From positions 101,246,001 to 101,310,000 of the forward strand of contig NC_091476.1 of the NCBI RefSeq assembly GCF_036971445.1: DNA of 64,000 nucleotides. Reading direction: 5' to 3'. Position numbers and translations under genes: made by a program. This document shows, one piece after another, positions 46,640 to 60,137 of the stretch (the first letter of the stretch is position 1; every line of letters begins with the position of its first letter). The notes under the pieces are model-generated. The model was given only the letters and a program-made list of their open reading frames with translations, made no database searches and was not told where the DNA came from. This stretch comes from Narcine bancroftii (lineage: Eukaryota).

Positions 46640-49600
46640 ATGTCTGTATCTTGTAATTTTCAACCTCCCATCCTTTCACAGAGGTGATCTCACCATCCTC
46701 CATCCCCTCTCCACAGCTGTCTGCCTATCCTGACTTGCATTTGCTGAATACCACCCTTGTAATTCCCGTTATTGCCAGAGAATGATACAAAGAAAAATAT
46801 AATTATCCCCCTCCTTACCCTTCCCCATCTCCCTATCTGAATCCCACAACCCTCAGACTCTTATCCAGTGACCCCACCCCCCAGGATCCCCTAGGATCGT
46901 CCTTCCCCCCCTAATGCCACTCCTTACCCTCCCCATCTCCCTACTCTATTCTACCCCATCTCCTTCTCTAAGCTCCCCTTTTCTTCCTAGCCTCAACCCT
47001 TAGACCCTCCCCTTCTCTCCAGTGACCTCCATACCCTCCACCTTCCCCCTCTAACTTCCCCAACCCTCCTCCTCCTCCCTCTGACCTCCTCATACACCCC
47101 TCCTCTCTCTGATCTCCCCAAACCCCCACCTTCCTCCTTTGACCTCCTACCTTTCACTCACCTCCTTGGACCTCCCCAACCCATCACTTCTCCCCCCTAA
47201 CTTCTATACCTTTCATCTCTACTCTTTGATCCCCCCAACCCTGCTCCTCCTCCCAACACACTCCACTATACCAAGTCCCACTATGACCCCTGCTTGGTCT
47301 TTACCATCACCTCTGACCTTCCCTTTTCTGAGATGAAGTGCTCAGTCCTCAGTAAAAGGCCTTACCTTCATCCTCCTCCATCCACACCTCAATGAGTTCC
47401 GCACATGCCAAGATGCTGAACTCTTCTTCCATCACCTCCATCTCCAGGCCTACTTCTATGACCATGACTCTCCACAACACTCCCACCCCCACACACAAGA
47501 CCCCTCTCCCACTTTAAGCCTTCTTCATCTTCTTGGACACCTCATCCTGGCCAGCTCTCTGCTCTGGATCTTTTTTTTCCAATTGCCGCTGAGACATCAT
47601 CCATCTCAACTTCACCACTCCCCTCTCTTGCTCTAATCTCACCTCCTCTGAACGCTCTGCTCTCCACAACAATCCCAACCTCACTATCAAACCCGCAGAC
47701 AAGGGTTGTGCTGTTGAGGTTTGGTCCACGGACCTCTACCTTGCCAAGGCCAGACGATAGCTCTCAGATTCCTCCTCCTAATTACCCCTTCCACAGGACC
47801 CCACCACAGCTCATGAAGCCACCATCTCCAACCTCATCATCTCTGGTCACTTCCCTACCATGGCCTCAAATCTCTTTGTTTTCCATCCCTGCATGGCCTG
47901 GTTCTACCTTTTACCCAGGATATAGAAACCCAATCATCCAGGCTCCATCAAACTAGTTTCATCTTAACTTGAACTCTATCTTTTCTCCATGGTCCAATCC
48001 CTCCCCATTTATATCTGTGATATGTCACATGCCCTCTATCTCTTCAATTACTTCAAATTCCCTGAAGTGGACCAACTCAATTTTACTATGGACGTCCAAT
48101 CCCTTTACACCTCCATCCCTCATAAAAAAGTTTATTTCTTGACGAGGGACCCAACCAGTCACCCTCCAACCTCCTCTGCCTGGCAGAACTTGCTCTCAAT
48201 CTTAATTACTTGTCCTTTGTCTCATCTCACTTCCTTCCAATCAAAGGAGTAGCCATGGGTACTCTGTTTCCCCTTTGTGGGGTTTGTGGAGCAATCCATG
48301 CTGCAAGCATACACAAGCCCCTCAACTCCACTATAATTGATGAATACATCAGGCCTGCCTTATGCCTGCATGATGAGTTTGTCAACTTTATTCACTTCGC
48401 TGCCAACTTCCACCCCAATCTCAAATTAACATATCCATCTTTGACAGCGCTCTCCACTTTCTTGATCTGTCTCCATCTTAGGAGACAAACTTTCTACAGA
48501 TATTTTCTACAAACCTACCAAATCCCACAACTACCTCGACTACACCTCCTCACCTCCAGTCCCTTGAAAGGATCCTATTCCTTTCTTGCAATTTCTCCAT
48601 CTTTGCTGCATCTGTTCCCAAGATGTGGTCTTCCAGTCTAGATCAACTGAAAAGTTTACTTTCCTCCTCAAACATGGCTTCCCACCACCACCATCAACTC
48701 AGCCCTAACCCACATTTCCTCCATTTTATGCTCATCTGCCCTGCCCCCCACTCTGGCCCCAGTCACAATGAACACATGATTCCCCTTGTGGTTAACTACC
48801 ACCCCCACCAGCCTCCATATCCAACACATTATCCTCCACAATTTCCACCACCTACAACGGTCTCATTACTAGACACATTTTCCCCTACCCCCTTCCTCGT
48901 GCACTCATCCCTCCCCACCAATCGCTCCCCCACCCACCCCAGCACCTTCCCGTTTAGCCGCAAGAAGTGCCACATTTGTGCCCGTAATTCCTCCCTCATC
49001 ACAATTCGGGGCCCCAAACAGGTCTTTAAAGTGAAGCAACACTTCACTTGTGATTTCGCAGGAGTTATCTACCTCATCCAGTGCTCCCTTTCTGGCTTTC
49101 TCTATATCAGAGAGACTGGGCAGAGACTGCAAGATTGCTTTACTGAAAATCTTCATTCTGTCCTCATCAGTGGCAGGGATCTCCCAGTAGCCAATTCTGT
49201 ATCCCACTCCCATACTCACATGTCTTCCGATGACTTCATGTACTGTCCCACCAAGACCAACCGTAAATTGGAGGAACAATGCTTGATTTTCTGTCTGGGC
49301 ACTCTCCAAATGAACGGCATTAACATCAGCTTCTCTAGTTTCTGCTAACCTACTCTCCATTCTTCCTCCCTTCCCTTTCCCCTTGTCTTCTTTGCGTTAG
49401 TTCTCCACCCCCTTCCCTCTCTGGAGGTGTGGCTTCCCTTCCTTATCCACATCCTGCATTTGGGACTGTACTCCTCTCCCTATCCCTCCACACCTACCAT
49501 TTTGTTTGGGCGCCTGCCAACATTTTTCCATACCTTGATGAAGTGCTCAAGCCTGAAATGTTGGTTATGTATCGTTACCTTTCCTGTATAAAGTACATTG

Positions 49601-49660
49601 CTCAACCTGTTGAGTTTCCCCAGTAATGTGTTTTTATTTCAACCAGGTGTCTGCAGACTT
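46640..49660 (+). mobile_element. Penelope-like element, most of its length, decayed (RT plus GIY-YIG)
   Basis: KPADKG, FTMDVQSLYTSIPH, KGVAMGT, GVIYLIQCSLSGFLYIRETGQRL, LEEQCLIFCLGTLQ; pyrimidine-rich N-terminal region at 46800-47320. Confidence 0.85.
49533..49566 (+). ncRNA. Degenerate minimal hammerhead ribozyme motif in Penelope pseudo-LTR
   Basis: TTGATGA-AGTGCTCAAGCCT-GAAATGTT resembles the CUGAUGA-stem II-GAAAC core at the position expected for Penelope-like elements. Core and stem carry mutations. Confidence 0.5.
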
Positions 49661-50433
49661 GCATGTTTTATTTTTCAATCTGCTAGAGTTCTCTTCCTAC
49701 AATTATACACTTTCTTCTGGTTTCTCCTGCTGATCTGTCCCAGGACTCCACCCGATTCTCATCTCTATCAGCAACAATAACCAAAAAGTAAGTTGTCTAT
49801 TCCTGTGCACCCTGCTTGCACTTCACTACCATGGCCCTGCATTACTTTTCAACTGCACAAAAAACTGTTTATCTTGTCACACAGCTAAATATTGGAACTA
49901 TCAAAGTCATTGGCTTTGATTCCCATCATAAACTCTTCTCCACAATGAATGACACTCTCCCTAATTCCTGGCATCTCACTGAAACTGAACCAGGCTGCAT
50001 GCGACATTCATGTCACAGTTAAGTCCAGAACTTAATATCCAGTCAATTACCTTTTATTCTGCCACCATAATATCATCCAACTCTATCCCTGCCTCAGCTC
50101 ATCTGCTGCTAAAACCCTCATCTGTGGCTTTCCCATTACTCTATGGTCTATCAAGGTATTTTTTCTTTTCCCATTCAAGGATCTTGTCTTTCCATCACTG
50201 TTGACCACATCTTCTGTCATTGTGGGTTTCCTTCTCACCTCTCTTTCCTTCTTAGAATCTGCTTTGGATGTCTGCTTCTATATCAATCCATGTGGCATGG
50301 TATCAAATTTTATTTAGTAACATTCTGAAATTCTTTGTTTTTTTTTATGTTCTAAAGGTGCCCATATAGCATTGTTGCCCTCCACTGATTTCCATCTGGA
50401 CTAGTCATCAGTATGGTCTGGCATCCAACCTGG

Positions 50434-51367
50434 TTCTCTTCTTCTTCTTTGGCTTGGCTTCGCGGACGAAGATTTATGAAGGGGTAATTGTCCACGTCAG
50501 CTGCAGGCTCGTTTGTGGCTGACAAGTCCGATTCGGGACAGGCAGACACGGTTGCAGCGGTTACAGGGGAAAATTGGTGGGTTGGGGATGGATGTTGGGA
50601 TTTTCCTCCTTTGTCTTTTGTCAGTGAGGTGGGCTCTGTGGTCTTCTTCCAAGGAGGTTGCTGCCCGCCGAACTGTGAGGTGCCAAGATGCACGGTTGGA
50701 GGCGATATCAGCCCACTGGCAGTGGTCAATGGGGCAGGCACCAAGAGATTTCTTTAGGCAGTCCTTGTACCTCTTCTTTGGTGCACCTCTGTCTCGGTGG
50801 CCAGTGGAGAGCTCGCCATATAACACGATCTTGGGAAGGCGATGGTCCTCCATTCTGGAGACGTGACCTACCCAGCGCAGTTGGATCTTCAGCAGCATGG
50901 ATTCGATGCTGTCAGCCTCTGCCATCTCGAGTACTTCAATGTTGGTGATGAAGTCGCTCCAATGAATGTTGAGGATGGAGCGGAGACAACGTTGGTGGAA
51001 GCGTTCTAGGAGCCGTAGGTGATGCCGGTAAAGGACCCATGATTCGGAGCCGAACAGGAGTGTGGGTATGACAACGGCTCTGTATACGCTAACCTTTGTG
51101 AGGTTTTTCAGTTGGTTGTTTTTCCAGACTCTTTTGTGTAGTCTTCCAAAGGTGCTATTTGCCTTGGAGAGTCTGTTGTCTATCTCGTTGTCGATCCTTG
51201 CATCCAATGAAATGGTGCAGCCGAGATAGGTAAACTGGTTGACCGTTTTGAGTTTTGTGTGCCCGATGGAGATGTGGTAGTCATGGTGGGGAGCTGGTGA
51301 TGGAGGACCTCAGTTTTCTTCAGACTGACTTCCAGGCCAAACATTTTGGCAGTTTCTGCAAAACAGG
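50434..51367 (-). mobile_element. 5'-truncated RTE, somewhat older copy or subfamily
   Basis: Homologous to 36720-37650 with more substitutions and small deletions; (GAA)n tail; no clear TSD. Confidence 0.92.
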
Positions 51368-53616
51368 CTTGTATATAGTCCAGATGCAGCTCACTGGAAC
51401 TAGGCAGAATAATAGTTTGGCATAGACTATTCAATGTCAGACAATTCGGGGTCAAAGAGTCTGTTGCTGTGCAGTAGTGTTCAGTGGTTCTATGGAAATG
51501 TTATGGTTTGTGATGTCTCATCATACAACAAACCCATAAGAAAATGCAACAAATTTGAGTGTGGCACATCCAATTGAGATGTGAAGACTTAATTGCTAAA
51601 TTTATGTTATAACTTTGCAAGTTTAAACATGACAACAATACATTTGCTGATAATCTGTACAAAATCATTTAATTTCTAAATTCAATTTTAGATCTTGTCC
51701 AGGATGCAGGAAGTAAATTAAGAAAGAAGTGATGCCTTCGATTATCTCAGCAGGCACACAATTCATTATAGCCACAAAGTAGTCTTGATTATTGTTGGAA
51801 TGCAGGAAATAGAGTGGTAAAGAAGTTTCCACAAAAGAGTTTTTCAGAAAACTAGAAGAATACTGTATCTTCTATGTAAATAAACAACCTGAGAATTCTT
51901 GACCTATGCCTCGGATTGCAGGCTTATTCAAAAGGATGGTTGTTGACATCTTTCCCTTAGTATTGCACCAATTTAGATTCTACGTGGGGTTCGGGAGGTT
52001 TACTGTAATGCTAGCTCTGATCTAAACACGAGATCATCAATCCTTGATCATTAAATGAACTACAAAATGCTGCAACACAAGGCAGTCGGTGACTGGCATA
52101 GTCAACAAAGTACATCATTACTTCAACTGAGGTTTTAAACACACTTTTCTCAAAAAGATAAAGAGAATTTTAAATGGATAATTTTAGCAATTTAAAATCC
52201 ATTCCAAGTGAATAGCTGGAGTGGAGATTCATGGATTATTAAAGAGATACTGCCAAAATCAGCTGGCCCTTGACTAAAAATGCCACTCTGAGACTTCATG
52301 GTGCCGTGAAAAGTTTTGCATATACATCCATATCAGTAGAACTATGTCTTTTCTCAGTACTTGAGATTAATTAACTAGTTGGCAGAAACATTTAAATACA
52401 ATAGAATGTCCTTCAGTATCCAGGAGCTATGGCAGAACATTACTTGGACTGGACTTTAATATAACTCAAGCACTGAACTGCAGTCTCTTCAGGGCCCTTA
52501 GCTTCTGGAATATTAACCTCTAATGTTTCCACTGGAACATCGCTACAATCCTAATTTCCATTTGTCAAGAACTCACGAGATAACAAACAGCTTTGAAAGC
52601 TGTTACTTATTGCAAAAACCAGTACCATCTATCAGTGATGAAACCCATGAGAAAAACAATATTTTTGGCAGAATTTGAAATGCAGTTCAATGTTCAATGT
52701 TATTTACAGTCGGGGATTTGCTATAATTGGCTTCAGTTCTGCAATGTCGATGTTGAGAAGCAAGAAATTTAGTGAAGGATAATGTCATATGTATTAAACA
52801 GTTTTTTTTTCTGTAGGCTGCGCCTCTAAGCTCACAATAGGGCAATGAAGTTATTGAAGTTTCACTTGAGACCCCTTCCCCCCACCCCCCTCCCCCCCCA
52901 TGTTTAAGCCCAGGTATGTGTGACGGGATGGTGTGGAGGGAGCTTCACTCTGTGTATGACCCTGGGAACGTGATATTTCAGAACACTGGGTGTTCTCTGT
53001 TCCTTATTGTTATTCTGTTCTCTGGATCATTGTTGAGTTCTTTCATCCAGCATTCCCATAGATACATAGTTGAGAAACTTTTTCAAAACACTGATCTTAA
53101 TTCAAGCAGACAGGAGCATATTTTTGCCCAGTAGCCTCCTGGCTTGTCTCTGAAAGTGGGTTTCCCTGTCAACAATTGACAGGACACATTCCATCTGGTG
53201 CTACAGACCTTTTGACAAATATTCAATCTCATAGGATTCAAAATGAACTGTTGCGATGTTGGCTTATGCACACTTTGATTCATTATCGTCACAGCTTTCT
53301 TCTTGCTTGTTGTTCAAAGGCTAGCAAACCATCACCATGCTCCGGCATGATTTTGCATCAAAAAAAAATTGGAAGGGAAGGTCCTGCAGAGACAGTGAAT
53401 AGTCAAGGATCAAACTGCCTCCACTGATGGCTGAGGCTGCATTGGTGATGCATGTCTTAAAAAATATAACATTTTGCCATGCTATTTCGATATACCATCT
53501 GTCAAAACCCTTTTCTCCCATTCTTAGTGACACTAATTGCAACTTAGTTATGTGACATCTGTGTTTAATATACAATCAATTACTCTGAAAGAAAGCTAGT
53601 GGGCTAACAGACAGTG

Positions 53617-53850
53617 TGTAGTGCACTATCAGAAACCACCAAGACTAGGCTGAGGAACGATAGGCTTTAATATACAGAAGAACCTTGCTGGCCCGGATCC
53701 AGGTATAGGAATGGAGGGAAGGGTGAGGTGGCTCGACCTTTATGGCCCAAGACCATGGGAAAGGAGTCATCAGTCATCAATGGATGGGCCAGTTCTATAT
53801 ATACAGTAGCCAACAATAACTATACACAATGGAGAAAACATATCACCACA
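53617..53850 (-). mobile_element. Short solo LTR (234 bp)
   Basis: TGTAGTG...CACCACA termini, 5-bp TSD CAGTG at 53612-53616 and 53851-53855, ATTAAA and TATA-like motifs on the minus strand. Confidence 0.8.
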
Positions 53851-56800
53851 CAGTGTTTTAAGTGGATCAGTTACTTTCTGTGGAGCAAACAGAAATGAGA
53901 AGAATGCAGGTTTTGGATGGTGTGGGGACAGTGAGAACCCTTAGTTTAAAGTCAAAAAGTCATTGGTATTCAACAAGCCTTTGGTTCAACTTTTTGATAA
54001 GGACACCTGCATATCGCACAGGGGCCCATTTAAAAATTCATCAGAATCTCCAGTAACACTGCATTCCCTTAACGCCTGAGTATCAACATCATTTATGAAC
54101 TCAGATCCCAGAGTGAAGTTTGGATTTGAACTTGGCTGATTCAGAAACATGAGAGCAACCAAATGGGGAAAGCTGATTATGATGTTCTAAAGAAAGCCAG
54201 TTATTCTGTCCACCTGCTTTATACAAGGATGGATTGCTATTAGTTTATAATACAGTTTACATGGGCATTCTTTGATGATATCCCCTATGGGTAAGTGCCA
54301 ACATCTGCCACTATACTCATTTGATTCTGGCATGTTTCCTACAGCTGGCTACCAGCTTTGATATTTAAATGCATGCTAAGAATCAATGCAATTTGGAATA
54401 CTCTCCCAGTTTGTACCCAACTGTTAACATATACAAGGGTTAGAAAGTACAACCAATTACCATTACAGTCAAGACAAATGCCCAATAGATCAGTTATGCA
54501 AGCCTTTCTGGAAACCTAAGACATCACCAAGAAACAACAAGCATTAGCAGATTTCTTAAACTTCCCACCCATGAGGCAACTGGCCCTGACACCCACATTA
54601 TAATTCACCATAGCTGTTCTATAATTAGTTGTGCACCCAGCTATGCATTTTCTTCACTGTTGGGAGAAATAGAGCTTTTGGCAGGCAAACCTAAGATATT
54701 TATTCTTCACTTAGGAAAAGCTAAAAGCACTGTGCAAGGCTCATGAATTAGAGAGATGACACTGTCTTCTCAATGTTTTCTAAACACCATCTCCTCATCT
54801 CAATTTTCAATGGTATCCTCCACTCTCCACAGACAGACCAAAGCAAGTCTGAGCCATTCACTATGATCATCTCTCCTGTGGTCAGCCTACAGTTTGCAGT
54901 GGGCTCACAGCAAGATAGGCGATCAGGGTAGATTACAGTTCGTAATAGGAGAACATCAGGTCCCTCTTCCCTCACCTACTTGGCAACCTTTTCTTTGTGT
55001 ATTATGGTTGGCACCGGAACAGTCCTCTGAATGCAGTGTCACTTCCTTCTACACACCACAGCAATGACACAGCATTTGGGAGCTCCTCTAATTTCCCCCC
55101 CCCCCCCCCCCCAGATGCTCAGGTTCCTCTTCACATCCCAGAAGTGTGGACATTAAGGGATTAATTAGGACTGTGATTTCTCCCTAGTGCATAGATGAGT
55201 TGACGTCATCTGGAAGGGCATTGTTGGTAATGTGGGGAAGATGAAATAGGTTCAGGTGGGGGTTAGTGTAAGTGGGAGCTTGATGGTCAATGTGAACTCA
55301 GTTGGCCAGAGGGTCTGTTTCCATGCTCTATGTCTCTTGAATCCTCACTGTAGCTCCACTCTCCTCACCACTCTGGTCTTATTGCTGAGGCAGAGCCGTC
55401 TGCAGGTGCTTTAAGCTGCAAGAGGCTGAATCTACAGCCCCATCCACAGTGTATAAGGTTGAAGGCTCACTGATGATGAAAGATATTTCAAAACAAAATT
55501 TAAATAATCAGTAAAATAATTAAAAAGCCATATTCAACAAATACATTTTTTTAAAATACCAATATTAATGAAAGCAATGCAAAAGAGAATAAATTATTTT
55601 CCTTCCCTTATCATTTTAATGCAGGTTGGTGGCTCCATCTTAATGTTGTACTAGTCACAACTAGCATAAAGCTGAGGGGCTAGATGTGAAATGTATTCAG
55701 CTCCTCTGCCCAGCAAGTTCTGGAAGTTCTGTGATGCACTGGTGAATCCAGAGGAAATGTACTGATCTCCAGTATGTTACTCCAGTGGTGCAGCGTGCAG
55801 GAGTGATTGCGATTCCCGTTCACCACAACTGCAGCAATGTACTAAACAGCCCAAATTTGGATGGGGTGTGGAGGAGGGGAATGGGGGGGGTAGATGTTTT
55901 TTTTTAATATTTGCCAGTTTCTGGCAATATCTATCAAAATTGGCAGGAGATGTTTTAAAGTATTTTGCCTTAATTAGGCAGGAAGATTTGAACACCACAG
56001 ATAGATAAATAAGAGGGGAAGGGACAGGTCCTGATAGAATTGTGAACAATCCCGGCTCCAAAAATGACAAATAGTTTTGAACTGCAAGGCTATTTAATGG
56101 GTTGAAAAGTGATCCATTTAAAAGGTTCTCAAGGAGAGTTTAAGTACAGAATATTATTCAACATTTATTTTATTGTTTTATTATTTTAAAGTGTTTTCTC
56201 AATTCAGAGAATTACCAGCTATAATCTTTTTTGCAAGTTTTGACAGTTTTGATTTTCCTTTAAGTGTTTAGCAGACATAATTTTGAAGACAATGTGGGAA
56301 AATATACAATTATCTATGTCAAAGACTGATTTAATAAACCTTTTTCTACCTTTGATTTGTGATCCAACTGCTTCTCCTCCATAAAAGCCTGCTTTAGGAA
56401 AGCCCTATCGAGGAATATGTCTGCTGTCAGACCATCTGCCACAGGAATTACATTTTGAGATGGAACAAAGTAAAGAAATTGATTCTTTCCCTTTAAAGTT
56501 ACTTCCTCAACACACCAAATGTCTTCTGACAGAAATATCTCTACCTTTAGAGAAAGAATTTCTTCATTTGGCTGCATTTTATCAAACTTCACTGAGCACG
56601 TCACACTGTTTATACCAAGCGACTGGCATAAGTTCAACTTGAACAGAAATTGAGGGGGATTGGCATATTGTGGGCAGATGGTGCTCTGTATTGGTATGTG
56701 GTGTGGGCACAGGTTATAACGCAGCATGCATGTATCTTTGCATGCAGAGACATTAGAGGTGCCAAGAGAGAACTGGAAAAGGGCAAAACAACCAAAGCAA

Positions 56801-58149
56801 ATCATAACAACAAAATATTCTGGTCCAGACACCTAGCAGGAGTTTATTCAGGAACAAGGGTTATTGTAACATAGCAAAACATAGGATAACAACTCAAGAA
56901 ATATTCTAAATGGCTAGTTTCTGAAACTTTACCCTAGCAAACCACTTAAATCCTACACCTGAATTTTTTTGCTGTTGATATTCTTGATTGGAAAAGAATG
57001 AATGTCATAAAATTTCTAAAAAGCATCGTAATTACAGGGAACAGGAAAATTCTTGCAAGTATGTATAATTTTCCACATATGCAAAATCAATAAAATCACC
57101 ATCAAAGGGAAAAGTAAAAGACAGGGAACATGACCTTGCCCAGGTAGATCTTTCTTAAACAATTTCATATAGTTCAGTTTTGTGAAAACCTGACAACCCA
57201 TATTGACAGGAGAAGGCCCTATCACTTTATATCTGTTAACATTAGTGGAATACTCCATTAATAATGCAGGTAAGATAGAAAAGAAGAATCACAACATGCT
57301 ATAAGAAAGCAAATTGAGGGAATCGCAAGAGGTGCAAGGTCACAGTAGGGTTAACATTACATCGAAGTAGAGGTGTGCTCGTGCATGACCAAGAACATCT
57401 ATGCATGGCCAAAAATTGACTTACCAGGTTTGGCTCTTCCAAAGCACGCTCAGGAGCTTTCTCAATGTGATGAGGAATTCTGCCTCCATCACCCTTTTGA
57501 GCAGAGCAATCCAAATATTTTTTTCAACTTCTGTCAATTTTAACAAATTTGCTTTCCAGTTGCTCTGAGAGATCAGTAAGTTTACCTGATCCAGATCTCA
57601 CATAATGTTATGCATCTCAATTAAATCTCCTGTCGGGCTCCTTGTTTTCCAAAGAAACAGTAAAGCCTGAGCATTCTCTCCTTACAATAAGTTTCCAGCA
57701 ACATCCTTGAAACCACCCCTGAGCCCCCTCTGGTGCTTGTTAAATTTTCAGGAGATACTGACGAGATGTAGAGTGCGAACTCACAGACTACAGGAGTCCT
57801 CACCAGTACTATTCAGAGGTAAAATAAAGTTCAACCCAGGAAAATATCCCAAGTAACAATTGCAGATAAATGGTAAACCACCTCTGACAGATTTACACAT
57901 GAAATTGGTTGCAAGTATTTGAGGAATTATTTTCTCATGCATTGGGTAATAATGAATAGAGACTGGCAGAATGTTCTCTTACCATTTTTGTGAGTGCTTT
58001 TTCCAATATTAATGAACATTTCTAAACTATTCTGTGCAGTGCATGTGATTTTTGCTTGCCAATTATTTTCATAAATGTATAAACGATATCTCAACAGAAT
58101 TTCTAATAGGCTGGATTTTTCTAGTCAGCATCAAAGAGATGACATTTGC

Positions 58150-58970
58150 TTTGAGCCGAGGGTAGGGTGAAGGTGACAACAGGTTATAGAGTGATAAGCA
58201 GGGACATAAAAGTTAACTAACCAGTGGTGAAATCTGATAAGGAGGAAGGTGAACATGAAGGGGGGAAGGGCAGATGGAACCTCATGGAGAAGGGGAGAGG
58301 GAGTCTGATGGGTGAAATATGTGGGCAGAGGTGGATGGAACTAGGAGGACGACAAAAATGGATGATTGGGGGGGTGGGGGAAAGTGTGCAGGTGGAAAGG
58401 ATGTTTGTGGTAAAGGGAACACAACTGAAAGGACCAGAGGTGGATGCATACTTTCTACAGATCATAGTTGGAGCCATGGGTGCTCACTACAGTGAGGCCA
58501 AATGCAAACTAGAAGAACAACACTTTAATTTCCATGTGAGTAGTCCACTATGGACACTGAGTTTGCCAATGTCAGGTAACCTTCACTTTCTATGTTCCCT
58601 CTCTCCCTCTGATCCACCTCTGGTCCTCCCAGTCTTGTTTCCTGTCCCATATCTCCCCTCCATCCTGCAGCATCCATATTTGTTCCTCTCACCCTATTCT
58701 TTAACCTTCTACCCACATGATTCACGTACAAGATCCTCTCTCCCATCTGGTCCCATCCGCCCCTCATGTCTCCCTTGTGGTTCCCATTATCACCTCTCTA
58801 ATGTATCAGATCTCAGCACTTGTAGCATTTGTGCCTCTGCTTATCAAACTAGAACTCTATATTCACCTTTATCACACCATTTCCCCATCTGGCTTGATCT
58901 GCCCCTTTTTATCCTTGTCTGTTCATCCTATCACCTACCTGCCTCAGTTTCTCAACCTCCCTCCTCCCCA
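58150..58970. mobile_element. Penelope-like 3' fragments in both orientations
   Basis: EAKCKLEEQHFNF motif at about 58490-58535 followed by pyrimidine-rich sequence; purine-rich mirror segment upstream. Confidence 0.5.
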
Positions 58971-59041
58971 TCCAGAGAGACAGCACTACAGGGGCAACTG
59001 ACCAGCAAGTTCAGCCATCTCACTGATGAGTAGAAGACCCT

Positions 59042-59214
59042 AGAGTGTAGAGTGCTCTGAGGAGATGGAGTACCTTTGGTGCTGATAGCTGCACCTCATT
59101 AAGGTGGGGATGATAGGCATCACTGGACCTCACTCATCTCCTAAATCTCTCACTTGTTGGCTCCTCGTGCCACACCCTGGAAACTGTTTCAGTTAGCGGG
59201 AGAAAACAAGTGAG
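59042..59214 (+). ncRNA. HDV-like self-cleaving ribozyme fold at the 5' end of the RTE derivative
   Basis: P1 AGAGTGT(59042-48)/ACACCCT(59172-78); P2 CTCACTTGTT(59149-58)/AACAAGTGAG(59205-14); P3 GGC/GCC around L3 TCCTCGT; P1.1 GG(59179-80); P4 AACTG-TTT-CAGTT; J4/2 AGCGGGAGAA. Confidence 0.75.
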
Positions 59215-60137
59215 GGGGTGGTGTCATTACTACACCACTAGGTGATCATCCCAACGGTGGAACAGGTGGAAGAGGAGACATCTCCCAACGGCTGCAAAGG
59301 CGGATGAGGATACCCAATAATGGATGGGGAGGCTTGTGAGCATGCCGCAAGAACTGCCGTGGACCCACAACACTCAGGGCTTGTCTAGCTAGTGTGTGAA
59401 GCCTGGATTCAGCGGACTGTGCAGAAAAAACCATCACTGGTTCAACGGGCAGAAAGGTGATTCTCAGCGATGCATTGTGGAGCGCTAAGAGGGCACAGTG
59501 AGACACATACAGAACACTACTGGCCATCCACTGCATCGTGACCTGTCTCCAGCCATCTTGACTATGTCTTGCCACTGGGTCCAGATAGGCTGGGGCGAGA
59601 GAGTGAGGCTGACGACCTGTTCAACTCTCCCTCACTTTAAATCCAAATCAAATGCAAGTCAATGAAACCCAATACACAACACCTAAAGTCCTGCGGTGAT
59701 GGGGAGTGGCGAAACAATAGGTACAAATACACTGGAAGCTGTAGATACAAACCTGCACAAAGACGGCTCAGGGAATAGGGTCACTCTCTACTGGACAGAA
59801 GCAGCAGTTGCGTTTGGCTGCCCCCTGGGTGTCTGAGCAGCCCTCTTTAGGATCGCTCTGCTCACCTCCATGGAAGAATGGGCTGCAAAAGGTGCTTCAA
59901 ACATAGACTGCTTCAGCTGAAGTCAGGCACATCATCGAGGTGCAACTAAAGTGTGCTATGTGCAAGACCCGAGCAGCATCCACTGCCACGACAGCACCCA
60001 CCCACTTGTGTCCCAAATGTGGGCAAGCCTTCAGGCCCCAGATTGGGCTCACCAGTCACCTCCGGACCACAGCCATTTGACTTTAAAGCCATGGTCATCT
60101 TCAACTATGAAGGATGAACAAGAAGAAGAACAACAAC
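59043..60137 (+). mobile_element. Internally deleted (bipartite) RTE derivative: about 870 bp of 5' region joined to about 225 bp of 3' end
   Basis: 3' part encodes HLCPKCGQAFRPQIGLTSHLRT, then CTTCAACTATGAAG hairpin and (AAG/AAC)n tail. Putative TSD AGAAGACCCTA (59032-59042) / AGAAGACACTA (60138-60148). No EN or RT. Confidence 0.75.

Noticed and set aside
58224-59033. 269-codon ORF
   Set aside because: Low-complexity purine then pyrimidine tracts from Penelope fragments, which are naturally poor in stop codons.
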